This document shows, one piece after another, positions 26,749-37,052 of a stretch of DNA of 64,000 nucleotides; positions within the stretch are counted from its first letter, which is position 1, and the number at the start of each line of letters is the position of its first letter. The stretch lies in contig CAJJAC010000007.1 in the NCBI GenBank assembly GCA_905181955.1, forward strand, positions 130,418 to 194,417. The letters run 5' to 3'. The notes beneath the pieces were generated by a model. The model worked only from the letters and a program-made list of their open reading frames with translations, was not told where the DNA came from and ran no database searches. This DNA comes from SAR86 cluster bacterium SAR86B (lineage in GTDB: Bacteria; Pseudomonadota; Gammaproteobacteria; Magnimaribacterales; D2472). The position numbers were made by a program, and so were the translations under genes.

Positions 26749-27467
26749 TGAATAAAATAGATGAAATAACTGCTGGAAAAGCAAAGTCTTTATTCACCAC
26801 AGATAATTCTGATCAACTTATAATGCATTTCAGAGATGACACTTCTGCATTTGATGGCAAGAAGAAAGAAGCATTGCTTGGCAAGGGTTCAGTTAATAAT
26901 CAATTTAATGCCTTTATAATGGATCATCTTGAAGCTAAAGGTATAGCTACTCATCATATAGAAATATTAAATTCAACAGATTCCCTGGTGCGTAAATTAG
27001 AAATGTTTCCTATTGAATGTGTTGTTAGAAATAGAGCAACTGGATCAATTTGTAGAAGGCTGGGAACAGAAGATGGCTTAATTTTACAAGCCCCTTTATT
27101 TGAATTCTTTTTAAAGGATGATGATTTAGGTGACCCCTTAATAACAGAGGAGCATATATTATCCTTTGGGTGGGCTGCTGCAGAAAATATTATAGAAATG
27201 AAAGAGATAACTTTAAAGATTAATGAAATACTTTCTAAGCTTTTCTTGAATAGCAACTTAATCTTAGTTGATTTTAAAGTTGAGTTTGGCTTAAGTGATG
27301 GAAAGTTATTTCTTGCAGATGAATTTACCCCGGATGGATGCAGACTCTGGGATACTGAAACTTTAGCTAAAATGGATAAAGATAGATTTAGGCAAGGTCT
27401 AGGTGATGTTGTAGAGTCTTATCATCAGGTAGCAGACAGATTAGGCATGAATATTAAACTTGACTAA
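26748..27467 (+). CDS. purC: SAICAR synthetase
   Basis: [11 protein letters not shown]...[16 protein letters not shown] and [11 protein letters not shown]...[14 protein letters not shown] motifs. 239 aa. Confidence 0.95.
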   Translation: MNKIDEITAGKAKSLFTTDNSDQLIMHFRDDTSAFDGKKKEALLGKGSVNNQFNAFIMDHLEAKGIATHHIEILNSTDSLVRKLEMFPIECVVRNRATGSICRRLGTEDGLILQAPLFEFFLKDDDLGDPLITEEHILSFGWAAAENIIEMKEITLKINEILSKLFLNSNLILVDFKVEFGLSDGKLFLADEFTPDGCRLWDTETLAKMDKDRFRQGLGDVVESYHQVADRLGMNIKLD

Positions 27468-27480
27468 ATAAGTCAAGTAT
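27456..27480 (+). promoter_or_regulatory. IscR type-1 binding site overlapping the iscR promoter
   Basis: AAACTTGACTAAATAAGTCAAGTAT matches 23 of 25 positions of the E. coli type-1 IscR motif as I recall it (ATASYYGACTRWWWYAGTCRRSTAT). It contains the inverted repeat TTGACT/AGTCAA and lies 14 nt upstream of the iscR start. Confidence 0.6.
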
Positions 27481-27487
27481 TTATAAT
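27460..27487 (+). promoter_or_regulatory. Candidate sigma70 promoter of the isc operon
   Basis: TTGACT (27460-27465), a 16-nt spacer, then consensus TATAAT (27482-27487). The iscR GTG start is at 27494, only 6 nt after the -10 element. Confidence 0.45.
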
Positions 27488-27493
27488 TGGCGC

Positions 27494-27925
27494 GTGAAAC
27501 TCACCACTAGAAGCAAATATGCTGTAAATGCGCTTACTGAACTTTGTTCACTTCAAAATGACGGACCAGTTGCACTTTCAGACATATCAAATCGTCAAAA
27601 TATTGAAATAACATATCTTGAACAGTTATTTAGAAAACTAAGAATAGCTGGAATTGTGGAAAGCGTTAGAGGAAGGAAGGGTGGCTATATATACGCCAAA
27701 GATCCACTATCGGTATCTATAAAAGATATTATGGATGCAGTTGATGAGAATTTAGATGCTACGAGTTGTAATGGAGCCTCTTCTTGTCACCATGGAAAAA
27801 GGTGTAATGCCCATAATCTCTGGAGTGAATTAAACGATGTGGTTGATTCATTTCTTAGTAACGTAACTATTTCACATTTAATGCAAAATAATAATTCACA
27901 TATTCAAATTAAGGAGATAATTTGA
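27494..27925 (+). CDS. iscR: Fe-S cluster regulator IscR (Rrf2 family)
   Basis: The N-terminus (GTG-initiated) [13 protein letters not shown] aligns with E. coli MRLTSKGRYAVTAM. Cluster ligands are [17 protein letters not shown], i.e. C-x5-C-x5-C-x2-H, as in E. coli C92/C98/C104/H107. Confidence 0.9.
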   Translation: MKLTTRSKYAVNALTELCSLQNDGPVALSDISNRQNIEITYLEQLFRKLRIAGIVESVRGRKGGYIYAKDPLSVSIKDIMDAVDENLDATSCNGASSCHHGKRCNAHNLWSELNDVVDSFLSNVTISHLMQNNNSHIQIKEII

Positions 27926-29151
27926 TGAAAACAGAAACCCAGGCACCAATATATTTAGACTATGCATCTACAACACCGGTTGATCCAAGAGTTGCAAGCA
28001 AGATGATGGAATATCTAACTCCCGAAGGAGAGTTTGGAAATCCAGCATCCAGATCTCATAGATATGGGTGGGCTGCTGATGAAGCCGTCGAAGAAGCAAG
28101 GTCACATGTTGCAAATTTAGTTAATTGTGATCCAAGAGAGATTGTTTGGACTTCTGGTGCAACAGAGGCAGACAATCTAGCTATAAAAGGAGTAGCAAGA
28201 TTTTATAAATCTAAAGGAAATCATATTATTACCTCTAAAATTGAGCATAAGGCTGTTTTAGATCCATGCAGACAATTAGAGAGAGAAGGTTTTGAGGTTA
28301 CTTATCTCGATCCCAGTGAAGGTGGAATTATTACACCAGAAGCAATAAAAGAGGCATTACAGGAAAATACGATTTTAGTCTCAGTTATGCATATTAATAA
28401 TGAGCTTGGAACACTTAATGATATAGAGGGAATAGGATCTATCGTTAGAAAGCATGGAGCTTTTTTCCATGTTGATGCAGCTCAAAGTACCGGGAAAGCA
28501 GAAATAGATTTATCTAATTTGCCAGTAGATTTAATGTCCTTTTCAGCTCATAAAACCTATGGACCTAAAGGTATAGGGGCTCTTTTTGTAAGAAGAAAAC
28601 CAAGAGTTAGAATAGAAGCTCTTATTCATGGTGGTGGCCATGAACGAGGCATGAGATCAGGGACTCTCCCAACTCATCAGATTGTAGGTATGGGTGAAGC
28701 ATTTAGAATTGCACAACAAGAAATGAGCAGTGATTTGGTAAAGATTAGTAATTTTCATGAAAAATTTCTAAAAGAAGCTATGAAAATAGAGCACGCATAC
28801 ATCAATGGTGATGTTAATAACAAGGTGCCAAATATATTAAATATCAGTTTTAATTTTGTTGAAGGTGAATCCTTGATAATGGGCCTAAAAGATATTGCCG
28901 TTTCTTCAGGATCAGCATGTACTTCTGCAAGTTTAGAGCCTTCTTATGTTTTAAGGGCTTTGGGTAGAAAAGATGAGCTAGCTCATAGTTCTATAAGATT
29001 TTCATTTGGAAGATTTACAGAAGAAGCTGATGTTGAAAGGACTATAGAGATCTTGGGCAATGTTGTAGAGAGATTAAGAGAATTATCCCCTCTATGGGAA
29101 ATGCATCTAGATGGCGTAGATCTTGACGCAGTAGAGTGGGATACACATTAA
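27925..29151 (+). CDS. iscS: Cysteine desulfurase IscS
   Basis: [18 protein letters not shown]-lysine region [17 protein letters not shown] and active-site loop [24 protein letters not shown] at 27925 with an AAGGAG SD 8 nt upstream. The TTG at 27922 in the ORF track is rejected. Confidence 0.96.
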   Translation: MKTETQAPIYLDYASTTPVDPRVASKMMEYLTPEGEFGNPASRSHRYGWAADEAVEEARSHVANLVNCDPREIVWTSGATEADNLAIKGVARFYKSKGNHIITSKIEHKAVLDPCRQLEREGFEVTYLDPSEGGIITPEAIKEALQENTILVSVMHINNELGTLNDIEGIGSIVRKHGAFFHVDAAQSTGKAEIDLSNLPVDLMSFSAHKTYGPKGIGALFVRRKPRVRIEALIHGGGHERGMRSGTLPTHQIVGMGEAFRIAQQEMSSDLVKISNFHEKFLKEAMKIEHAYINGDVNNKVPNILNISFNFVEGESLIMGLKDIAVSSGSACTSASLEPSYVLRALGRKDELAHSSIRFSFGRFTEEADVERTIEILGNVVERLRELSPLWEMHLDGVDLDAVEWDTH

Positions 29152-29172
29152 TAATACGTATAGGAGTATAAA

Positions 29173-29577
29173 ATGGCATATAGCAAAAAAGTAGTAGATA
29201 AGTTTGAGGAGACATTAAACAATCCTCAAGCATTTAAAGTAGGAAAATTTGATCCAAAGGAAGTTAATGTGGGCACTGGAATGGTCGGAGCCCCAGCCTG
29301 CGGTGATGTAATGAAACTTCAGATTAAATGTGAGCAAAAGGGAAATACTCACATAATTAAGGATGTAAAGTTCAAAACTTACGGTTGTGGTTCTGCAATT
29401 GCATCATCTAGTGAATTAGTCGAAATGCTTATAGGTATGACATTGGAGGAAGCTAAAGAGATTAAAAATAAAGAAATAGTTGATGCTTTAGAATTACCTC
29501 CTATAAAAATTCATTGCTCAGTATTAGCTGAGGATTCTATTAAGCAAGCTATTCAAGATTTTGAATCAAAACAGTAA
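29173..29577 (+). CDS. iscU: Fe-S scaffold IscU
   Basis: GAPACGDVMKLQI, FKTYGCGSAIASSS and LPPIKIHCSVLAEDSI, which carry the three conserved Cys and the LPPVK-like motif. Confidence 0.95.
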   Translation: MAYSKKVVDKFEETLNNPQAFKVGKFDPKEVNVGTGMVGAPACGDVMKLQIKCEQKGNTHIIKDVKFKTYGCGSAIASSSELVEMLIGMTLEEAKEIKNKEIVDALELPPIKIHCSVLAEDSIKQAIQDFESKQ

Positions 29578-29586
29578 ATTACTTAG

Positions 29587-29928
29587 ATGGATACTTTTAA
29601 ACCAGCCGAACTTAATTTTTCTGATAAGGCTATAGAGCACTTTAATAAAAGTTTAGATAAAAGAGGAAATGGTCTTGGGATTCAAATAGGTATCAGAAAA
29701 GCCGGTTGTTCAGGGTATGAGTACTTTTTTGAATTTGTTGATGAAGTAAAAGTAGATGATACTATTTTTGAAAAAAATGGGTGTAAAATATTTGTTGATC
29801 AACATAGCCTTTCTTTTCTTAAAGGTACCTTGGTAGATTATTCTGAAGAAGGATTAAATAAAGGAATCAAGTTTGAAAACCCTAACGCAAAAGCTGTTTG
29901 CGGTTGTGGGGAAAGTTTCACCATATAA
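29587..29928 (+). CDS. iscA: Fe-S carrier IscA
   Basis: GIRKAGCSGYEY and C-terminal CGCGESF motifs (Cys-x-n-Cys-x-Cys). 113 aa. Confidence 0.92.
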   Translation: MDTFKPAELNFSDKAIEHFNKSLDKRGNGLGIQIGIRKAGCSGYEYFFEFVDEVKVDDTIFEKNGCKIFVDQHSLSFLKGTLVDYSEEGLNKGIKFENPNAKAVCGCGESFTI

Positions 29929-29932
29929 ACTT

Positions 29933-30274
29933 ATGGCAAAAATAAAAATTTGGCCTCATGAGGAACTTTGCCCTAATGGAGCAAATATTGAAAGTCTTCC
30001 AGATGAAACTATATGTGAGGCTGCACTAAGAGAAGGTATAAAAATAGAGCACGCATGTGAGATGTCCTGTGCTTGCACCACATGCCACTGTATCATCAGA
30101 AAGGGTTTTGAGAGTTTTGATGATGCTAGTGATACAGAAGAGGACATGTTAGATAAGGCTTGGGGTCTAGAGCAGACTTCAAGGTTAAGTTGCCAAGCAG
30201 TTCCACCTATAAATGAAGAGATAGAAATTGAACTTCCAAAGTACAATATTAATATGGTTTCAGAGGATCACTGA
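29933..30274 (+). CDS. fdx: [2Fe-2S] ferredoxin of the ISC system
   Basis: MAKIKIWPHEELCPNGA...CEMSCACTTCHCII...SRLSCQ shows the adrenodoxin-type Cys pattern. ATG at 29933 lies 4 nt after the iscA stop. The upstream extension to 29873 in the ORF track would overlap iscA and is rejected. Confidence 0.9.
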   Translation: MAKIKIWPHEELCPNGANIESLPDETICEAALREGIKIEHACEMSCACTTCHCIIRKGFESFDDASDTEEDMLDKAWGLEQTSRLSCQAVPPINEEIEIELPKYNINMVSEDH

Positions 30275-30477
30275 TGAATGAATTAGATTGGCTTGATATT
30301 AATGATATAGCTATTGAGCTATATGATAATTTTCCTGATATTGATCCTCAATGGATTAGTTTTCCAGATCTTCATAAGAAAGTTTGTGAATTAGATGGTT
30401 TTATAGGAAATCCAACTAAATCAAATGAACAAATTCTTGAAGCAATTCAGATGACATGGATAGAAGAATACAAATAA
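30274..30477 (+). CDS. iscX: Fe-S assembly protein IscX (YfhJ)
   Basis: 67-aa acidic protein. IAIELYDNFPDIDPQWISFPDLHKKVCELDGF aligns with E. coli [32 protein letters not shown]. Confidence 0.85.
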   Translation: MNELDWLDINDIAIELYDNFPDIDPQWISFPDLHKKVCELDGFIGNPTKSNEQILEAIQMTWIEEYK

Positions 30478-30516
30478 GTCTTTTATAATAGCGAAAATTT
30501 TTTAATAAGGATTAAT

Positions 30517-30942
30517 ATGACTACACAAAGAACACTTTCAATAATTAAACCAGATGCTGTTTCAAAAAATGTAATTGGTAAAATTTTATCAAGATTTGAA
30601 GATAATGGTTTAAAAGTAATAGCAGGTAAGCTAGTTTCTTTATCAGAAGAAATGGCATCTGGATTTTATGCAGAGCATGAGGGCAGACCTTTCTTCCCAG
30701 CTCTAATAGAATTTATGACATCTGGCCCTGTTTTTGTTCAGGTTTTGGAAGGCGATGACGCGGTTATAAAGAATAGAGAGTTAATGGGAAGTACAAATCC
30801 TGCAGAAGCAGCTCCTGGAACAATAAGAGCAGATTTTGCTAAAAGCATCGATGCCAATGCTGTACATGGATCTGATTCTACTGAAAGCGCTGAAAGAGAA
30901 ATCAATTATTTTTTTAATACAGAAGAGATTACTTCAACTTAA
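30517..30942 (+). CDS. ndk: Nucleoside diphosphate kinase
   Basis: [11 protein letters not shown]... and NAVHGSDS (active-site His). 141 aa. Confidence 0.96.
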   Translation: MTTQRTLSIIKPDAVSKNVIGKILSRFEDNGLKVIAGKLVSLSEEMASGFYAEHEGRPFFPALIEFMTSGPVFVQVLEGDDAVIKNRELMGSTNPAEAAPGTIRADFAKSIDANAVHGSDSTESAEREINYFFNTEEITST

Positions 30943-30944
30943 TT

Positions 30945-32027
30945 TTGCAAGATAAAAAAAATCTATTAGGCTGCTCCCAAGAATCTTTAGAAGTTTTTTT
31001 TAAAGATATTGGAGAGCCGCCTTTTAGAGCTAAGCAGTTATTGAAATGGGTTCATCAAAAGGGTGAATTGGATTTCGAGATGATGACTGATTTTAATAAA
31101 GATTTAAGATCTAGATTAAAAGATATAGCAATATTAAAAACACCATTAGTTAAAAATGTTCTCACGTCTGAAGAGGGTACAAAAAAATATTTAGTAGAAT
31201 TAGACTCAGGATCTTCTATCGAGATGGTTAGAATTCCTGAAAAGAAAAGAATGACTCTATGCATATCTTCTCAAGCTGGATGTGCTCTTCAATGTACTTT
31301 TTGCGCCACAGGAGCTCAAGGCTTTGATCAGAACCTCACCTCTGATGAAATAATTGGTCAAGTTTGGCTTGCTAATTTTTATGATAAAAACGAGGCCCCT
31401 ATAACCAATGTTGTATTTATGGGTATGGGTGAGCCACTTTTAAACTTTAATCCAGTTATGGAATCTGTCGATATTATGCGGAATCAAATAGCTTATTGTT
31501 TATCAAGAAAAAGAATTACCATTAGTACCTCTGGCATAGTTCCTCAAATCAATAAATTGGCAGACATGACTGATATCTCACTTGCAATATCACTTCATGC
31601 TTCAGAAAATGAGTTAAGGGATATTATCGTACCCATTAACAAGAAGTACCCAATTAAAGAATTACTTAATTCATGCAAAAACTATTTGTCGAAACAGACA
31701 GGTAAGAGGAACATAACTATTGAATATATTTTAATAGATGGAATTAATGATTCACTTAAGCATGCAGCAGGCCTCTCCAAAGTCCTAGCCAGCTTGTCAT
31801 GTAAAATTAATTTAATTCCATTTAATCCGTTTGATGGAAGTGACTATAAAAGATCGACAGATAAAAATATTTACGCATTCAAAAATTATCTAGTTAATAA
31901 GGGCTATATTACAACTTGCAGAATCACCAGAGGGGATGCAATTGATGGAGCCTGTGGACAGCTTGTAGGAAACTTGAAAAAGACAATTAAAGGAAAAAGC
32001 CTTATTCAGCATACAAGTATTCATTAG
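30945..32027 (+). CDS. rlmN: 23S rRNA/tRNA A2503/A37 C2-methyltransferase RlmN (radical SAM)
   Basis: PFRAKQLLKWVHQKG, radical-SAM CALQCTFCATG and MGMGEPLLN. TTG start at 30945; there is no ATG upstream of the conserved region. Confidence 0.92.
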   Translation: MQDKKNLLGCSQESLEVFFKDIGEPPFRAKQLLKWVHQKGELDFEMMTDFNKDLRSRLKDIAILKTPLVKNVLTSEEGTKKYLVELDSGSSIEMVRIPEKKRMTLCISSQAGCALQCTFCATGAQGFDQNLTSDEIIGQVWLANFYDKNEAPITNVVFMGMGEPLLNFNPVMESVDIMRNQIAYCLSRKRITISTSGIVPQINKLADMTDISLAISLHASENELRDIIVPINKKYPIKELLNSCKNYLSKQTGKRNITIEYILIDGINDSLKHAAGLSKVLASLSCKINLIPFNPFDGSDYKRSTDKNIYAFKNYLVNKGYITTCRITRGDAIDGACGQLVGNLKKTIKGKSLIQHTSIH

Positions 32028-32035
32028 GTGTCTAA

Positions 32036-32770
32036 ATGCCAAAAGAAATTAAATCAGTAAAAATAGGTTCAAAATTTTTAGATGAAAGATCTAAATTAAA
32101 CCTAACGCTTGAAGATATTTCAAAAAATATTCATATAAATATAAGATATCTTAAAGCTATAGAGAGTGATGATTATTCATTATTTCCGGCTAGAGCATTC
32201 GCTATTGGTTATTTTAAAAAATATTCAGATTTCCTTGGAATAAAAGATCCATTTCCACTTAATGCGGATGAAAGAATTGTAAATTCTGAAGAGAATAAAG
32301 CTCAATCTTCAAGCAAGCAAATCTTGGAAGTTAAGTTATTTATAAAAGGAAATTTAATTCCAATATCAGCAATTTTGATATTAATACTTTCTATTATATT
32401 TATCTTAATGAATAACAAATCAAGTGATCTAGAAAAAATTTATTCTGAGACTCTTAATATTGAGCCGATCGGCGTTATTAAGGAAAAAAGTGAAGAAAAA
32501 TTGATAGCTAAATCTCTGGTTAAGGATAGCAATTTAATACTAGTATTTTCAGGTCCTTGTTGGGTTGAAATATATTCAAATAATAAAAAACGTTTAATCT
32601 ATAAGTTATATAATAAAGATGAAATTTTAGGAGTGGAGATTGAAAAAAGCTTTACACTTGTAATAGGTAATATTGATAATGTAAAAGCCACATACGGAGG
32701 CAAAATTATTAATTTTATCAATAATGTTAATAAGCAAAAAGTAAGCACAACTGTATTTAATAATGAGTGA
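32036..32770 (+). CDS. rodZ: Cytoskeleton protein RodZ
   Basis: N-terminal HTH ([37 protein letters not shown]), a single TM segment and a C-terminal DUF4115-like domain. Conserved rlmN-rodZ-ispG order. Confidence 0.75.
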   Translation: MPKEIKSVKIGSKFLDERSKLNLTLEDISKNIHINIRYLKAIESDDYSLFPARAFAIGYFKKYSDFLGIKDPFPLNADERIVNSEENKAQSSSKQILEVKLFIKGNLIPISAILILILSIIFILMNNKSSDLEKIYSETLNIEPIGVIKEKSEEKLIAKSLVKDSNLILVFSGPCWVEIYSNNKKRLIYKLYNKDEILGVEIEKSFTLVIGNIDNVKATYGGKIINFINNVNKQKVSTTVFNNE

Positions 32771-33860
32771 TTGGATTAAAAGAAAAGACACTAAAACAGT
32801 CAATGTTGGCGGTGTATTAGTTGGTGGAAAAAATCCTATTGCTATTCAATCAATGACAAATACCAATACGTGTGATGTTATTTCAACAGTTAATCAGATC
32901 AATGATCTCCAGGCAGCTGGAGCAGATATTGTAAGAGTATCAGTTCCTGGTTTTGATGAGGCCTTGGCTTTTAAAGAGATAAAAAAGGCAGTAAGTATTC
33001 CTTTGATTGCAGATATTCATTTTGATTATAAGATTGCACTAGAGGTTGCAGATACCGCTGATTGTTTGAGAATAAACCCAGGTAATATAGGTAAAGAGGA
33101 TAGAGTCAGAGAGGTAATACAAGCTGCAATAGATAATAATGTTCCAATAAGGGTTGGGGTGAATGCAGGCTCATTGGAAAAAGATCTTCAAAAAAAATAT
33201 GGTGAACCAAATGCTGATGCATTAGTTGAATCAGCTATGCGCCATGTAGATATTTTAGATAAATTTAACTTTGAAAATTATAAAATGAGTTTAAAAGCTT
33301 CAAATATAGAGATGACGGTTGAAGCATATAGAAAAATATCAAAAATTATCAATCAGCCACTTCACTTAGGCATTACTGAGGCTGGAAGTTATAGAGCGGG
33401 AACTGTTAAATCATCTATAGGCGTAGGCATGCTTCTAACTGAAGGGATAGGAGACACTATTAGAATTTCTTTAGCTTCAGATCCAGTAGATGAAATTAAG
33501 ATAGGCTGGGATATTTTAAGAAGTCTTAATATACGAAGCAGGGGAGTTAAAATAATTGCCTGTCCGAGCTGCTCTAGACAAAATTTTAATGTCATAGAGG
33601 TTGTAAATGCACTCGAGGAAAGGTTTGAAGATATATCTGAAGACATAGAAATTGCTATCATAGGATGCTACGTAAACGGTCCTGGCGAATCTAAAGCAGC
33701 TGATATAGGTCTTACAGGAGCATCTCCAAAAAATTTATTATATATTGATGGTGTTCCTGACAAAAAAATTGCTAATGAAAACTTAATAGATGAATTAGAG
33801 CATCAAGTAAGAGAAAAATTATCATTAAGAAATGATTCCAATGTTATTGTGAGAGGCTAA
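32763..33860 (+). CDS. ispG: HMBPP synthase IspG
   Basis: [23 protein letters not shown] and Cys ligands ACPSCSRQ...GCYVNGPGE. Confidence 0.95.
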   Translation: MSDWIKRKDTKTVNVGGVLVGGKNPIAIQSMTNTNTCDVISTVNQINDLQAAGADIVRVSVPGFDEALAFKEIKKAVSIPLIADIHFDYKIALEVADTADCLRINPGNIGKEDRVREVIQAAIDNNVPIRVGVNAGSLEKDLQKKYGEPNADALVESAMRHVDILDKFNFENYKMSLKASNIEMTVEAYRKISKIINQPLHLGITEAGSYRAGTVKSSIGVGMLLTEGIGDTIRISLASDPVDEIKIGWDILRSLNIRSRGVKIIACPSCSRQNFNVIEVVNALEERFEDISEDIEIAIIGCYVNGPGESKAADIGLTGASPKNLLYIDGVPDKKIANENLIDELEHQVREKLSLRNDSNVIVRG

Positions 33861-35105
33861 ATGACTAAAATTAATTCGTTAAGAGGCATGCCTGATTTTT
33901 ACTCTGATGACTTAATTAGCTGGAGTCCTGTTGAAAATAAACTGGAAAAAATTTTTAAAGCCTATTCTATTAATGAAATAAGAACACCAATCATGGAGTA
34001 CACAGATTTATTTAAACGATCTGTTGGTGATACTTCAGATATTGTTAATAAAGAAATATATTCATTTAATGATAGAAATGACCAAAGTTTAAGCCTTAGG
34101 CCCGAAGGAACAGCGGGTGTTATTAGATCGATAATTGAAAAAAAATTAGATCAACAACAATCAAAACTTTGGTACATGGGTCCTATGTTTAGATATGAAA
34201 GACCTCAAAAAGGAAGATATAGACAATTTCACCAAGCAGGTGTTGAAATTTTAGGATATCCAGAGGGGCAAGCAGATTTTGAGCTAATCTCTATGATCTG
34301 CTCGATAATTAATGCCTTAAATATAAAGAATGCAAAATTAAAAATAAATCATCTTGGAGATAAAGACTCCAAGAAAGAATTTTCAAAAGCCTTAGTTAAG
34401 TATTTAATACCTTATAAAGACAAGATGGATGAAAAAGATCTAGAAAGACTTGGTAAAAATCCCTTAAGAATTCTTGATACAAAGGATTTAGGTATGCAGG
34501 AAATTCTTAAAGATGCACCTTCTCTTAATAATTTTATTTCTGATTCTGCAAACTTGCTACTTTCCTCAATTCAGAAAACGTTTAGTGATTTATGCATTAT
34601 AGAGATAGATAACACGCTCGTGAGAGGTCTTGATTATTATACAGGGTTAGTTTTTGAAGCATCTTCTTCTGATTTAGGAGCTCAAGATGCATTTATAGGC
34701 GGAGGCAGATATGATAATCTTGCAAATACTCTTGGTGGCAAAGATATGCCGGCAATAGGACTGGCAATAGGCTTAGAGAGGATAATATCAATTTCATCGA
34801 TAACTAAAAATATTGAAAAAAAAGTTGTCTTTATAAGTTCTACTAGCAATATAGCCCCATTAGCATTTAAAATAGCGAACCAGTTAAGAACTGCTAATTC
34901 AGATGTCTCGTTAGACATGGATTTAACTGATAGCAGTATAAAAGCTAAGTTAAGAAGAGCTAATAAAACAAATGCTACTCATGCATTTATTTTAGGTGAT
35001 GAAGAGATAAGCAGTAATATGATTATTGTTAAGTCATTAAGAGACGACGATGAGCAAGTTAGTATGAGTATTGAAGAATGCATAGCATTCTATAAAAAAA
35101 TCTAA
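33861..35105 (+). CDS. hisS: Histidyl-tRNA synthetase
   Basis: LRGMPDF, LRPEGTAGVIR, FRYERPQKGRYRQFHQ and GGGRYDNL motifs. 414 aa. Confidence 0.95.
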   Translation: MTKINSLRGMPDFYSDDLISWSPVENKLEKIFKAYSINEIRTPIMEYTDLFKRSVGDTSDIVNKEIYSFNDRNDQSLSLRPEGTAGVIRSIIEKKLDQQQSKLWYMGPMFRYERPQKGRYRQFHQAGVEILGYPEGQADFELISMICSIINALNIKNAKLKINHLGDKDSKKEFSKALVKYLIPYKDKMDEKDLERLGKNPLRILDTKDLGMQEILKDAPSLNNFISDSANLLLSSIQKTFSDLCIIEIDNTLVRGLDYYTGLVFEASSSDLGAQDAFIGGGRYDNLANTLGGKDMPAIGLAIGLERIISISSITKNIEKKVVFISSTSNIAPLAFKIANQLRTANSDVSLDMDLTDSSIKAKLRRANKTNATHAFILGDEEISSNMIIVKSLRDDDEQVSMSIEECIAFYKKI

Positions 35106-35127
35106 TCTAAATATTAAGGATAGAAAC

Positions 35128-35775
35128 ATGGCTGAACACAGTAATGATGAAGAAAGACTTCTAGCAATAGTTGATTTTTTTAAGCACTATAGAAATCTTA
35201 TACTTTCTATAGTTTTATCTATTTCAGTTATTGGCATTGGAGCCTATGGTATTAAATACACTCAAGATTCTAAGAATAATTCAGCTGCAGTTATATACAG
35301 TAAATGGATGGAAGCAGTTTCTGCAGAAGATACCAACGCACTTGATGATAGTTCTTTATTTGACCAACTAATCAATGATTATAGATCCACGGGATTTGCC
35401 CAATTTGCAATGATTAAGAAGGCGTCTGCACTTGCTTCAAACTCTCAGCTTGATGAAAGTAAGATTTATTTTGAAGACTTAATAGATGTATCTAGCGGAC
35501 TCTTTGGTAATTCCCTTGTAAACAAGATATCTAGAGTTAGTTTAGCTAGAATTCTAATATCCGAATCTAATTACTCCGAGGCCTTGAGTGCCATAGAGAC
35601 TTTAATGGCAGGGTCTGACCCATTAGTAAATGAATTGGCTGGAGATGCATTAGCAGGGCAAGCTAAAAATAGTTTAGCTATCGAGCAATATAATCTAGCT
35701 AAAGAGCTATATGATGACGATGCATCAAAAAATATAGTTATTATGAAACTTAATAATATTCAACTGGTCTTATAA
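35128..35775 (+). CDS. yfgM: YfgM-like membrane-anchored TPR-like protein
   Basis: N-terminal TM anchor followed by a helical-repeat domain. 215 aa. Located between hisS and bamB as in E. coli. The call is mostly positional. Confidence 0.62.
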   Translation: MAEHSNDEERLLAIVDFFKHYRNLILSIVLSISVIGIGAYGIKYTQDSKNNSAAVIYSKWMEAVSAEDTNALDDSSLFDQLINDYRSTGFAQFAMIKKASALASNSQLDESKIYFEDLIDVSSGLFGNSLVNKISRVSLARILISESNYSEALSAIETLMAGSDPLVNELAGDALAGQAKNSLAIEQYNLAKELYDDDASKNIVIMKLNNIQLVL

Positions 35776-35781
35776 ACAATT

Positions 35782-37038
35782 ATGAAATATTCATCACACT
35801 TATTAATTCTTATATTTTTAAGCTCATGCTCAAGTATGGCTTTCTGGAACGATAACGAGGAACAAGTTGAGTCTAAAGAGCCTAGAAGTTTTGTTGATAT
35901 TATAACTTTTTGGAATAATGGGCCAGAAGAAGAGGTCGATTTAACTGAGCCTAAGGCTCTATTTGATATCTCTAATCAAAAAGAGCTTATTTTAAATTGG
36001 GAGATTGCTCTTCCTTCTGATAGAAGTGCAACAGATTTTATTCCTAACCTTTCGGGCTCAGGGGATAACAAGTTAGGTGCTTTTTTGCCAGCTTTTTCTG
36101 GTAAGACAATATTTTTTGCAAATAATAGTGGAGCTATAGGCTCTTTTGATCAAGCTTCAGGTCTAGAAAATTGGACCGCGCAAGTTACAGAGCTTTCTTC
36201 AGGTATTTCTGCAGGCTTTGGTGTACTTATTGTCGCTGGATCCCAGGGTGAATTGATTTGTTTGTCTCAAGAAGATGGTTCTACTCTTTGGTCTATTGAC
36301 GCAGGAGCTGAGATTCTTGCACCAGCTACTATAAATGCAAAACTGGTCTTGGTTAAGACAAGTTCAGGTGAGCTAAATGCATATAATATATCTAATGGTA
36401 CTAAAAAATGGTCTTACAGATCACAATTACCAGCACTTACATTGCGTGGAAGTAGTCCCCCAGTTATAGAAGAAGAAATCGTTTATGCAGCTTTTGATAA
36501 TGGAAGACTTGGTGCCTTCCAGATAGATACAGGCTTTTTAGTCTGGGATGGAGCTATATCATATGTAGAAGGCACATCAGAATTAGAAAATATGATAGAT
36601 GCAGATGCAGCACCAGTTATAGAAGGCGGGTTATTGTTCGTTGCAAATTATCAGGGTCAGATAGCTGCTTTTGATCCAGCTCAAAGAAGAATTGTATGGG
36701 CTGAAAAAGCCTCATCGTTTTATTCTCCAGTTATTTCTAAGGGTGTTATAGCTATTCTTGAAACCGATTCAACCTTTACAACATATTCAACTAAAACCTT
36801 TATGCCATCTTGGACTAATGATGATTACTACTTAAGAGAACTTTCAAATGCTGATTCTTATAAAGGGAGCATAGTAGTTGGTGATTTTGAAGGATATATT
36901 CACCTTTTAGATGCATTAAATGGCAAAACAACAAGTAGAATAAAATTAACCAGAAGTCCTATTAAGACTATTATCGCAAGAGCTAACAATATCTTTATTG
37001 TAGATGAGAAATTTAATTTATATTCAGTTAGTCACTAG
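35782..37038 (+). CDS. bamB: Outer-membrane assembly lipoprotein BamB
   Basis: Lipobox FLSSC. PQQ-like beta-propeller repeats (G.L.C/A...DG...W). 418 aa. Synteny with der. Confidence 0.85.
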   Translation: MKYSSHLLILIFLSSCSSMAFWNDNEEQVESKEPRSFVDIITFWNNGPEEEVDLTEPKALFDISNQKELILNWEIALPSDRSATDFIPNLSGSGDNKLGAFLPAFSGKTIFFANNSGAIGSFDQASGLENWTAQVTELSSGISAGFGVLIVAGSQGELICLSQEDGSTLWSIDAGAEILAPATINAKLVLVKTSSGELNAYNISNGTKKWSYRSQLPALTLRGSSPPVIEEEIVYAAFDNGRLGAFQIDTGFLVWDGAISYVEGTSELENMIDADAAPVIEGGLLFVANYQGQIAAFDPAQRRIVWAEKASSFYSPVISKGVIAILETDSTFTTYSTKTFMPSWTNDDYYLRELSNADSYKGSIVVGDFEGYIHLLDALNGKTTSRIKLTRSPIKTIIARANNIFIVDEKFNLYSVSH

Positions 37039-37052
37039 AATGCCGCTTAAAA

